A stretch of 61,639 nt of DNA, the filler included, from Circinaria calcarea (lineage: Eukaryota): assembly GCA_051942165.1 (NCBI GenBank). It is 9 parts of 9 records of this genome, joined end to end, with 100 filler letters (N's around TTAATTAATTAA, not from the genome) between each part and the next. Parts side by side here need not be neighbours in the genome. Positions count along the whole stretch, not along the records: positions 48,031 to 54,785 come from JAVECS010001499.1; positions 54,886 to 61,639 come from JAVECS010001500.1; 7 more parts are not named here. One strand, 5' to 3'. Position 1 is the first letter of the stretch; every line of letters starts with the position of its first letter. The notes beneath the pieces were generated by a model. It ran no database searches, was not told where the DNA came from, and saw only the letters and a list, made by a program, of their open reading frames with translations. Shown piece after piece: positions 49,391 through 60,514 of the stretch. A program made the translations under genes and the position numbers.

Positions 49391-51597
49391 ATGGACCCGG
49401 CATCCATAATTGCTCTTGCAGCATCAGTCATCAGCATCATCGATGTGATCGGGAAAAGTCTCAGCTTCTTGCTCGATTTGCAAACAAAGTACCGAAAAGC
49501 TAGCCTTACGGTCAGCCTTCTGATCGGACAACTCTCTACAGTGAAAGCGGCGCTGAACCAGATTTCGCAATGGATCACTACGAGCCTGGTTGGGGTTCCT
49601 CAGCATCAGCAGCTCGTGGCAGATCTCGATGTTTCACTCGAGGCGTGCAAGGTTTTGGTTTTGGTCTTGGACGATCGCATCTTCCGTCATGAAAGCAGTC
49701 TAACCAGTCAAGTGAAGGCCGCGGCAAAAGCACGCTTTTTATGGGAGGAGAAGGATATGAATGATTATTTGAATCTTTTGAACAACCAGATCAACGCTCT
49801 GAACCTCCTTCTTACTGCTTTACAATGGTGAGCTCAGCACCGCGTTCAGGGCAATTGCGAATCTACTGACGAAGGCAAGCCGAACTTTGTTTGAGCAGAG
49901 AGACCTATTGCAAAGCAGTGAGAGCCGCCATATTATCAAGATGGTGGAAGATGACACCTCTTCACTCCTCTGGATAAGAGATACAGAGTCATATTCATGC
50001 TATAGCCGGAAAAGTGCGTTGACGGAGAATTCCGTTATGTTAGATACGGTTTTCGACTTCGACCGCGAGATCTTCCATTCCAGGGCATATCAAGTGGCAG
50101 CAAGGTCTAACATGAAGCAGGCACTCATAAACGGGAAACGTACAAATATGCAGCATGAAGTCTCAGACCTAGCTCTTGATAGTGGTCTAGCTAACTTCAT
50201 AAAACTTGATGATGACGATCAAGACATACAGACCATAAAGGAAGTACATACCAATTTCTCACAGCCATTGAGCAACACGACTGACGCTCAGATCTCCAAA
50301 GATTCACCTCTCAGACTCAACTTATTGACAAAAGAAAATTCGGCTTTACCAGATCCTCTAACTGGTAGAAGTCACCGTTTGGTAGAGTTTCTTGGGGATA
50401 GAAAAGAATCTCGCCGAAAACCGTGGAGTCTGGCCAACGCGTTCAAGTCTCGAAAAATCCAGCACGCTCGTGAGAAAGCACAACCCACTACTACAAGTAG
50501 AATGGAAAGCCAACGGAAAGAGCTCAACTGTTGTAGAGTTCTCCTCCTCGGCGCTTCGGAAAGTGGCAAAACGACTATCCTCAAGTCCCTGCAGCTTCTC
50601 CTTAGGGGTGGGTATACCCTCGCCGAACTTGGAGTTTTCAAGAAAATCATATTTAGTTATATGATCCAGAGTATGCGCGTACTCCTTGAAGAAATGGAAG
50701 GTTTAGAGATGCCTCTGGATGATCAGAAGAATGTGGATCACGTTTCAACAATTTTAATGCAACCCGTAGCTATGGAAGTGGAAAGCTTAGCGCCCGGAGT
50801 TATGGACGCAATGACGGCACTATGGAAGGATTCGAACGTACTAAAATATTTCCACAGGCCTAGGAAGCACTCATCTTCGGGTAATGCCGAGTAGTAAGCT
50901 CACAGTATCATTCTTGCACCAGTAAGATCTGTCTGATTGGCTCTTTTTTGGTTTTTTCGATTCTTTGAGCCGCATTGGCCAGGTCGAGTATTTGCCTACT
51001 GAGCAAGACATCCTTCGAAGCTACGTCAAAACCACAGGTATTAGCAGGAGCACTTTTCTGACCGAAGACGGCTACCTCGCCGATGTATTCGATGTAGGTG
51101 GCGCTCGAGCTGAGCGGAAGAAATGGGTACATTTGCGCGAGAATGTGGACTCTATCCTCTTTTGTGTAGATATATCAGCGTATGACCGAGTGCTACATGA
51201 GGATGGGATGACTAATCGGATGCAAGAAGCTTTGGCTTGGTTTTCTATCATCTGCAACTCGTCTCGGTTTGCGAAGACGGATATAATGTTGTACTTCACA
51301 AAGACTGATTTACTGGAGCCGAAACTCGCGATTACTCCGATTCAGAGTTGTTTCCCCGGATACAGCGGTGATCCGACAGATCCGCATGCGGTGATGGAAT
51401 ACATCTGCGACAGATTTGTGGAACTGAATCAAAATTCAGAAAAGAGAATCCGTGTGCAGTTTTCAGATATCAGAGATGTATGGAAGACCGCAACGACTAT
51501 CTCAGAATCTATCGATGATTGTATCCAAGAAAAGGGAATGGCGCTCACACGTGTCGGCTTAAACGCCCTTAGGGCAGAGAGTTTGAGCATTGAATAG
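49391..51597 (+). CDS. Fusion of a HeLo-like fungal N-terminal domain and a divergent heterotrimeric G-alpha domain
   Basis: Exon 1 49391-49827 MDPASIIALAASVISII... (HeLo-like); intron 49828-49879 in frame; exon 2 to 50893 with FDFDREIFHSRAY and P-loop VLLLGASESGKTT; exon 3 EQDILRSYVKTTGI, DVGGARAERKKW, FTKTD. Confidence 0.85.
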
Positions 51598-54032
51598 TAT
51601 CCAACGAAAGAGTGGAAGGGTACGTGAATTTTCTACGTAAACACAGGAAATAATGGCTGATCGCTTTAAGCTGTTGCCTTGGCATGGGAGCTATTCGATC
51701 TTCACCCTTCGAGATCTCACACCAGGGTACGTTTCCTTCGACCATATGAGAATACGACGAAATGCCAGACTCGGAAACCCAGCTTCCGGGGTATCCAAGA
51801 GGGGTGGTGGTAGGGAGTGTAAGATAGGACGATTTTCCCTGTGCTCGGAGAACAAGCGATGCAGGAAAGACACCGGGGGTGGGTAAGAGAAATTGAAGTT
51901 TGCTTGCTGGGATAAGTGCTACGACAGAGGGAGAGCATAACTATGTATGTACCCTCTATTGGCGGAAGTTGTATTCTCGGCCGATGGAATAAGCTATGAA
52001 GTCATTATAGCAGACGACCCTGGCATGCTCGGTACGAATGTTATGTTGCATGAAATCCAATAACTCTCTCAAAACTGATCTGCTGTATTACCCTTCACCA
52101 AAGAAGCTTCTTTATACGATTGAATAATGCCAATGCTATGGGTTGTTGTCGTTTGACATCCGTCTGCAAAAACGAAAAACTGAGTGCGACTGTGGGAAAA
52201 TGGTAAAAGAGTAACTAACCACCTACTAAAGTGGCGCAGGAATGGAGGTAATGGACAAGAACTCCAGATGGATATCGCTGAACACAGCTTCCCTGGCTAC
52301 GCATCAATCAGTCTCCCCTCTATCTAATCCCATTTCCCACTATCAAGTCGAAGCTGTTGAGCGACATGGTGGCATATATTACTATCTGAGTGTGTAACTA
52401 TCTAAGCTAGCATACAGCGAAGACCGCTTTGAAGAGGTGTGTAGAGAGCGTTTGAGCATGGACCACGCATTACCCCTTAGGTAACACGTGAATCGGTAAG
52501 CCCTATGCCTTCCAACGGAAACTCCCTTTCAACCTACCAGCACCCTTTCTTTCTCCCTCACTTTCCCTAAAATACTCCCCTTCCACCCTCTATTTCCCTT
52601 TCGCTCTACTATTCCAACTCCAAACACCCCACTCACCTCTCCAAACCCCATCTCCTCCACCAAAGCGCAACGTTATCAAAACTCGTTCTACACCGAGCAC
52701 GCCTGTCCGTCCCGCCCATTCGCCCATTGGTACCAGCCTGAGCTTTCTGCAAACTAAGACGATAGCGAAGGGTTGCCGGAGCTGGCTTCCGCCAGAGACC
52801 CTGGGGGCCCGGGGCAGGTGGGGATTATTGCGGTACTGGCTGTGCGGTGGGTTCGGACGGTGGGAGCGGAGAGTCGGTGGATTTTGGCTTAAATGAAAGA
52901 AGGGAGTCCCATCGCCTGGGAGTTAGCATTCAAGGTTATTTGTCGTGTGTAGGTGCTCTCTTGGCGGCTATCCTGTCTAGTGTATGTTCCCCGGGCTTTG
53001 GACATTTTAATGCATTGCTGAAGAAAATCGTAGAATGGTTTCGAACTTTGGAAATGTTCTCCGTTGTCTCTGACGTTTTGGTGGATGGCTTCGATTTGGT
53101 AAGGGTACTTCGCTGCTGCAATGACAATACGTATGCTTTTCAAACTGCAGTATTTCTGCTGGCAAACTCGAAATGAATCCTGCAGCCGCATACATGATTT
53201 ATCCTTGTCGATAGTTTCAGAGTAGGCCGCATTGCTTGTCGTAGAGAATCGCAGAAGAGACCTGCGGCAATGCGGTCCTTCAGATTATATAAACGCCCAC
53301 CATAAGCCATATCAGCAAAAGGTGCCTTTGCTGGAAATGGACAGGACATGTCATTAACTCTCATGCGGGCACGCAATATTGCGCTGCTTTCAAATAATAC
53401 ACGATAAGTTTTGCAGGTACATGGGAAAAATGACCGGACGTTCCTTCTGCACTGTACAGGATGATCACTCTTGAACGGCGCTACAGAGGGTGAAGCTAGA
53501 TTTTTGAATACAGAATAAGTTAGGGTTGATAGAAGTTGAAAACGCGAGGTAGTAGATAATATCTTCTCCTACCGGTAAAAATTTTTCATTAAATGCTGCT
53601 TCAAAAGACTCGTGAGAGTATATGGCTTCTGAGCCTAGTAGGCAATATGTCAATTATAACTCACGTATTTATAAATCATTTTGTTGGAATCGCGGAATTG
53701 ACTATCAATTTCTATCCTCCCAAAAGCCCTTGGGGGTTGCGCTAAACAAGCATAGCATGGTGGTATTCAGTACTTTGGAACCGAACAATCCAATCGGGTT
53801 ATGATGCCTCTAATAGGTGAGGTCCATACAAAAAGGCCTTGAAATATGGTAGCAGATCGCTGTATAACCTTTGACACCATGCTATATTAGGACTGCTTGA
53901 TCCATATAGCAGCGCAGTTGAAGTAGTGCGTGTCGTATCCAGTCGGGATATAAGCTGCCTTATTTTCAGCATGACCTACGCCTTAGAGAAGGTATCTAAC
54001 AGTCCTCTATAACTTTATCACGGATGATGTTG

Positions 54033-54785
54033 TCAGTCAAACGGTACTCGTCTTAGACTTTCGCCAGCTTCTTTCTTCTTAGCTTCTTGCGCAGCAGCAA
54101 CCGTGCTCGGTATTTTGATCCCACAGCAATCGCCCCATGCATCGTCACGATGGACATGCCTTGGTCCTTCTCCATGGTCTTGGTTTTCCCCCGCTTTCTC
54201 AATTTCTGCTACCTCAACCTCACTCTCCTTTCTCATCCCATCCTCCGCAGGGATCATACTTCCGAAAAGGAAATGTTGCATAATGGGCAATTTGCCCAAC
54301 ACCTCCTTTACAAACATCCTTCTCATACCCTGCTCCACTTTCTCCCAGCTTTTTGCCCCAGAGATGTCATCCAACATCGGTTGTGTCCACTTCAGACCCT
54401 TTATGCTTTTCGTCGCCATTGTCCAACGTACCATGTCCAGATATAAGTACTCGTTCCCTTCTTCTTCAAGCACCAGATCGTTATGAATACTTAGCGGTCG
54501 AATATATGGGTGATGGAGTAATTGAGAGGCGCCGAATAGGAAAGGCAAGAAGTGATAGTCGTCAAGTCCCCAGACTCCATGAGAACCAGCGGGTTCTAGA
54601 TAGTATGTCGACTGTATCTTCCGAAGTAGCCTGACATAAGAAGGAAAGACCACGAGAGTAACGGCTGGAAACGTTGGTGGGGAGAGTAGGGAAAGGCGGT
54701 TGAGGCACAGGAGCCACAGAACGAAATTGAGTTCATGGCCTGAACCATAGTCAATGCGGGCGCGTGATCCAAAAGCATGCTGGAG
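54033..54785 (-). CDS. RRD2: PP2A phosphatase activator PTPA/Rrd2 (5' truncated)
   Basis: [70 protein letters not shown]-terminal VPFD. Confidence 0.92.
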   Translation of the reverse strand, partial: LQHAFGSRARIDYGSGHELNFVLWLLCLNRLSLLSPPTFPAVTLVVFPSYVRLLRKIQSTYYLEPAGSHGVWGLDDYHFLPFLFGASQLLHHPYIRPLSIHNDLVLEEEGNEYLYLDMVRWTMATKSIKGLKWTQPMLDDISGAKSWEKVEQGMRRMFVKEVLGKLPIMQHFLFGSMIPAEDGMRKESEVEVAEIEKAGENQDHGEGPRHVHRDDAWGDCCGIKIPSTVAAAQEAKKKEAGESLRRVPFD

Positions 54786-54885
54786 NNNNNNNNNNNNNNN
54801 NNNNNNNNNNNNNNNNNNNNNNNNNNNNNTTAATTAATTAANNNNNNNNNNNNNNNNNNNNNNNNNNNNNNNNNNNNNNNNNNNN
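54786..54885. other. Artificial contig-joining spacer
   Basis: N44-TTAATTAATTAA-N44. Confidence 0.99.
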
Positions 54886-55837
54886 TTAATCTATCCCGCC
54901 ACTCTTTTGTTCGAATTGCTGCAATATCGGCCCTTGCAGCCGCTACTTCTGTTGCATTGGCCACGACTTCTCCATGAGTGTCATCAGACTTCTGCCTTAG
55001 TTCCGTGACGCCCTGATCTAGAGCTACTGCTAACGCCTTTTTATTACTTGACTCCTGTGCTCGGTCCGCCGCAATATCGGCCATTGCAGCTGCTACCTCC
55101 GTTGCAGTGGCCGCAACCTTTGTCTGGATGATATCGGATTTTTGCATTAAGTCCGTTAGGCCTTGGTCTAGAGCTAGAGCCAACGACCTTTTCTATGAGT
55201 CAGCATCGAGTGTCAGGAATAGTATAAAAAGTTGATGGAGGTATATTGTAAACAACAACGCCGAAGACAGCCTTCGAGAGAATATTTGCTAAAAATTTCA
55301 GGAAGAGTAATACCAGCTCGACAATATCTCCAGAAGTTAAGTTCGAGAGCATGGTGTAATAAGCTTGGCTAAAGCAGACAGGACAAATAGAAGCAGTCAT
55401 CGCACATACGCATGCTCGGTGGTCAAAGCCAGGTTGAAATTCGCCTTATATCTTTCAATCTTCGCGATGACTTTGTCCACCTCCCTACTGCTGAAAGGCC
55501 ACTTCAGAGCTTGGAACCCGAATTTCCTCATCTGATCCGTCCCATCGCCCGGCTGCAGCCTCGTCTCCAAATCCGTCAAGTCGATCTTACATTGATGCAA
55601 TAGCCCATCGGGTTTATTCAACAGATCCAGCACAGTTAGCTTTGCGGACTTAGGGGCATCAGCAAGCTCAGATATACCAACTAGAACGTCCTGCAGAGTC
55701 GTCACTTCATCGCGCAGGCGTTGAATGTCCTTCCGGGAGTTCTTCATTTCGAGGTAGTATCTCCGACAGTGATCGAAGACTCGGCTTGCTAGAGCGACTA
55801 CAGTGAGTACGCTTGCGGCTCCGCTTAGTGGATCCAT
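54886..55837 (-). CDS. HeLo-like N-terminal domain protein, probable fungal NLR/STAND (3' truncated)
   Basis: MDPLSGAASVLTVV...IQRLRDEV...ALKWPFSSREV...IERYKANFNLAL; intron 55409-55188; then two ~50-aa helical repeats. No NACHT is visible before the contig end. Confidence 0.75.
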
Positions 55838-56779
55838 TTTACGATCTTATCATGTAGAGCGGAGGAAGCATGGTGGTAGATCTTGAAGGTCGAGCATTTG
55901 TGCGGTCGGGGAGGTTTTTTAGTAAGTGGTTTGCCGTCCACGCAAGGCTACAATCCTCTCACAGCAGCTAATGAGAAAAGCCACTTGGTAGCACCCAATT
56001 GAAGTCTAAAGCCAGCCACCATATCGACACGTAGAAAGCGGGATAAATTTAGTCTCAGGCATACAGGAGTGTGTCCAAGCCATCGAGCTCATAACGCATA
56101 GAATCAAAATACTTAGATAACAAGCCTGAGCGAGGTGGTGGCGTATGACCCAGACCCGTAGCTCGTACGCCTCTGGCCACCGTCCGCTCATCTAAACCTT
56201 CCACCCTTCCACTCCAACCGTGTACTACTCCAAAACTTCCAACATGCCGGCGTTCTATCTTCCGAAATCCCCAGACTAACCTCGCAACCTAGGTACACAA
56301 CTTCCCTCCCTCTCAGTGCTGGTGGAGCGGGCCGGCGGGCCCGTGAAATCACTCGCCGAGAATATTAATATTCGATTCCCGAATCCACATGTAGCAAAAG
56401 GGAAAAGACGTGTCTCATCCGCCGCATCATTCGTCGTCGCTGCAGAGATGTACTTCGAACCCATCGTTCATTGTTCGGATAAGATGTCTATTATAAGGTC
56501 AGTGAGGTAGACATGTTCCAACCTATGGTCTTTTACAAGTGAAGAACTTTTCCTTATTACATGAGTCCTGCGGTTGGTCTATTTAATAAGCTGGGGCAAT
56601 TATCTTTCTAGACACGAGGAGGAGTAGTAAGAATAAAGACATGCTATCCAAATATCACAACTACCACGCCAGCTTAGCGCCACCTGAACAAAATCTTCAG
56701 AGTAACTCCGCTCGTTCTCCCTGAGCACTATATACCTCAAAGATCTTTACACAGCCCCTTCTCTGATCCCCATATCCCC

Positions 56780-57569
56780 TCAAAGACCCAATCTCCTGCC
56801 CAGCATCCTCGTCCGTCCCACATCCCTCCGGAAATTCTCCCAGCTCCTCTCTCTCTCTCTCCAGTCCGTCATCTGGCTCAACATAAAGTCCCAACTCTTA
56901 TTCTCCTGCCGAAGCACCAGCTGCTCGCTTTCATGTTTCTCGAGATACAGTCTCCTCTCCCTGGCCTGCTGTGCGGCATGGGGTCCCACCAGTACAGGAT
57001 CCTCGTGCGGGTAGCGCGCCGCTTCGGAGTCGATGTCGATGTCAGACCTAACGGTGGAGTTCATGTGAATGTTATTGTCGATGGAGCTTTGGACGATGGC
57101 AGATGAGCAGGGAGGCGGGGCGGTAAGGTTACGAGCAAAGGCGTGCACGTCCATGTTTTCCAATGTGGCACGGCGGTGGGCGACGGCCTGGTAATGGCGG
57201 GCTTGCGGCCCATCGGTGACGGAAGACCATTCGCTGATGTTGAATCTATGGTTGGAGATGTCGCTTACGGTGTTGGTATAAGCGCGGCGGAAGCCAGGCG
57301 CGAACGTGGGAGTGGGAGTAGAGGTTTGGGCGCGCTGAAGAGGGTGTAGACGGGCGGAGGAGTGGTAGGTAGGTGCCTTGGTGGGAAGAGAATTAGAATG
57401 AGAAGATAATTCGCTAGGGGTTGAGGGGGTGAAGAAGAGGTACCTCGGAGACATAAGAAGGAGCGGAAGAGCGAATAGAGCTGGTCTCCGGATCATGACG
57501 AGTATAAAGTGGGAGGGGTTCGGGGACCAGAGGCGTGGAGGGAACATCTATGAGGGGAGTAGAAGGCAT
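56780..57569 (-). CDS. Conserved fungal hypothetical protein
   Basis: SSIRSSAPSYVSE|APTYHS (intron 57443-57377), ARHYQAVAHRRA, EDPVLVG..AA..ARERRL, ENKSWDFMLSQMTDW.ERERSW. Confidence 0.7.
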
Positions 57570-58229
57570 CGCTGTGCTGATGGACGAGAAGGGTGCGGCA
57601 GAGGGGTGAAAGTCTTCGATGCTTGAAATCAGGAGTGAGTGAATAGTGACGTGTTGGGCCATGCACTGTGCCTTGGAAACCGGAGGAGACGGGGACGGCT
57701 GGATGCTATTCAGATCCGGTCAAGCAGCATCCACGGACCACGAGGAACATGCGCCTCCCTATATTTCTTTCTCGAAATTCCAGGGCATTGGGCTAACATC
57801 AGTAAAGGGGCGCCGGGTCGTGTGCCTTAGCGGGTGGGACATGAGATGCAGGTTTTCTTAGATGCGCATCTTTTCTTCCTTTCGGCAGCTGAGGGGGATT
57901 CGTGGATGAGGAAGCGGGGTAGATCTAAAATTGGCTTAGCCGGAAGCGCCTGAGCCTCGACCTTATCGTTGGCGCGATAGCAATTGGTGGATTGCGGGAA
58001 GCGCCGGACCTATCGCTTAGCTGCGGCACACTTCCCGCTCGGTCGATAGGCCCAATGGAGAATAGTATTCCAGTTTGAAATTCGCCTCAATGCAAGGTCC
58101 CTACCTGATCTGACTACGGAACCACAGTCTGCAATGCCAAGTAATCGCATGAGTCCACATGGTAGAGTACACGTGCTCCGTCCTTGTATGCTGGATCCCA
58201 ACGCGAGTCTCCATCCATCGATATATCCG

Positions 58230-59860
58230 TCATACGCTGGGTTGGCTATCTCTGCTCACGTCTCCGACATATAGAGCATCCCCGCTGCTGTTATCAAAAA
58301 TATGGGACTGGAACTGCTCGCTTGGCACCGTCCTGTCGAACATCAAGTCCGGCTGCTCGAGCGTTCTCCCCTTCGTCTCCGGCAAAGCCAAAAAGCACCA
58401 AGTCAAATACAGCACCGAAATTCCCAGGAAGGCAAAGGCCATCTCCGCCCGTAGATTACCGGCATCGGGGTTGTAGCCCATAAGGGAGGCCCACGGCACA
58501 CGCCACTTTGATAAGAGCATCGACGGCTGTAGCGAAGGCAATGGTCTTGCCGCGAAGTTTGGCGAACGAGGTCTCGGAAGTACTGACAAAGCATAATGGG
58601 CCAATCGTGAGATAGTGGAAGAAGTTGTAGACTACCATCATAGAGCTTTCCGCTCACGGGATATTGGAGTGCGTTGCATAATTCGACAGGACATCAAGAA
58701 CACCGACGAATAACATGATCAAAGCCAAAGTAACGAAGCCATAGTTATATATCGAACGCCGACCATAATTCGCAATGAGAGGCCACGAAAGATATATGCT
58801 GACAAATCCGAGCGTAAGGACACCGACGCCGAGATGAAATGCTTGGGTAGTTTGAAGACCCGCGAGCGTAAAGAAGTATACGGCGTAGTCAACAACCAGG
58901 AAGTTCCCCCCGAGAGGTTGGATGGCATATATCATGGTTGAAGTGGCCGTTCTCCGCAATTGAGTACGCCTGAAGCATTCTAGGAAGCCAACGTCGGTAC
59001 TCTCCTCCAGTCCAAGTCTCGTCGTCTGCTGGATGTTTGCCAGTAGACTTCTTCTGTCAACAGAAAGGTGAGTTGAGCAGGTTAGGGCTCTTTCCGCCTC
59101 AGCCATCCCCCTCGTAATCAGCCACCAAGGACTTTCAGGACAGAAGGCAATGCAATCAAAGTTGCGAGTGGGAAGATCTATTGGCAGGCAAAAGAAACAT
59201 CATAAATCCATCGGTCGCCTCGAGCTTGTCTACCTGCGAGAACTTCTGAAGCTATCAACTAACCAATGAATGATAGGTTGACGAATGCCGCGCCTATACC
59301 TCGTAGAACCACAGGCGTGACTTTAGAAATGTACGTAGGCGCGATGACAGGATACGCGCCGGGGACAACGCCATTGGTAAGTTCGGCTAGGAGAATATGG
59401 GGCTTGTCTTGGGCTGAGAATTGAATAGTGACTGCAACACAAGAAATGATACAGCAAATAGCCAGCGTCCATCTCCTACGGATTCTTTCCAGTGGATCCC
59501 CAGCTCCAAAGGAGCCAAGCACCTAATCAACCGGCCCTCCGAGATTGAACACCGACTGCCACTCTGCCCTCACGACTTAATGAGCCGTGATAGGTTTACC
59601 AAAGTCGCACTGGCATGCTGCTATGGCAACGAGAGTCACGACCAGTTGAGGGTCGAACCCGACTGTGATGACTCCTATACTGAACAGGGACGACCACCCT
59701 ATGGCCGGGGCGTAGAAACAGAAGGCTTCTCTAACGCTAAGACTATATTCAGTAGCGGTGGCTTCTCGCGCTCTTTCTGCCGTGAGCAGTTCAGTTTCAG
59801 CTCGACGACTGTTCGGGTCATGGCCCATGATTCCATCGTCTGTAAAACTTTTCCATGGAG
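58230..59860 (-). pseudogene. Maltose/alpha-glucoside permease (MFS sugar porter) pseudogene
   Basis: AIGWS...GFD, APTYIS.VTPVVLRG, FCPESPWWL, GRRSIY, ETSFAKLRGKT, PETKGRT; in-frame stops at 59577, 59523, 59259, 59178, 58654 and at least two frameshifts (~59145, ~58480). Confidence 0.88.
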
Positions 59861-60514
59861 AGTCGAGCTTGACAGTCTTGGGACTCTTACTAGCTGCCCT
59901 TCAATGCTCCCTGCTCCTCAGATGCCAGGGTGCAATGTGTAACTCTTTTAGGACTGAGGTTGGCTCAAAACAGTAGAATAGAAAGAAGTCAAATGCTTCT
60001 TCGTTCTGTTATTGTTGAAGTTGGAAACCGAGTGGACTATAACTTTGGCTTAACTCACCCACCGTATCCAGCACCGACAGCTAATCTTCGTCTCTGCATG
60101 TTGCCTTGTTGTCTGTCTCCAGCCCTCCAATTGCAGGTAGAGTGTCATAGCTCAAGTGGCTTATGCTGTGAGTTTCTCCAGCTGTCTTTCGCAAGCCATA
60201 GTCGAGGAACTGGGAACGTAGATGCAGGACCTCTTTAGTCTCCATTGTAGACTTTGCTTTATCAAGCCAATGAACAATAAAACACTTGTAGAATATATGC
60301 AGTCCAGAGGTTGAGAAATTCATCCCACCTTAGCGGGGTATACTGCTGTTTTACACCAATTGCGATTTGGACGTCATTTCCGTGTAGCACACTTCGTCCT
60401 CAATATTTTGATTAATGATGAAAGCCTGTATCCGTAACGTCGGATTCCCGTATCATTTCTTCTTCTCCATCCTGTGATCGCTAGCCGTATACGTTGATTA
60501 TATGCGAAGAGAAA

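Noticed and set aside
52847..53804. Cluster of short ORFs between the G-alpha fusion and RRD2
   Set aside because: No motif or coherent splice model found; could be a decayed gene but cannot be supported.
6770..54885. Eight regularly spaced TTAATTAATTAA palindromes flanked by N runs, about every 6.86 kb
   Set aside because: Identical 100-bp synthetic spacers between length-sorted contigs; not a biological repeat or CRISPR-like array.
49391..55837. Two HeLo-like genes close together suggesting an NLR-effector pair
   Set aside because: They are separated by the spacer at 54786-54885; proximity is an artefact of contig ordering.
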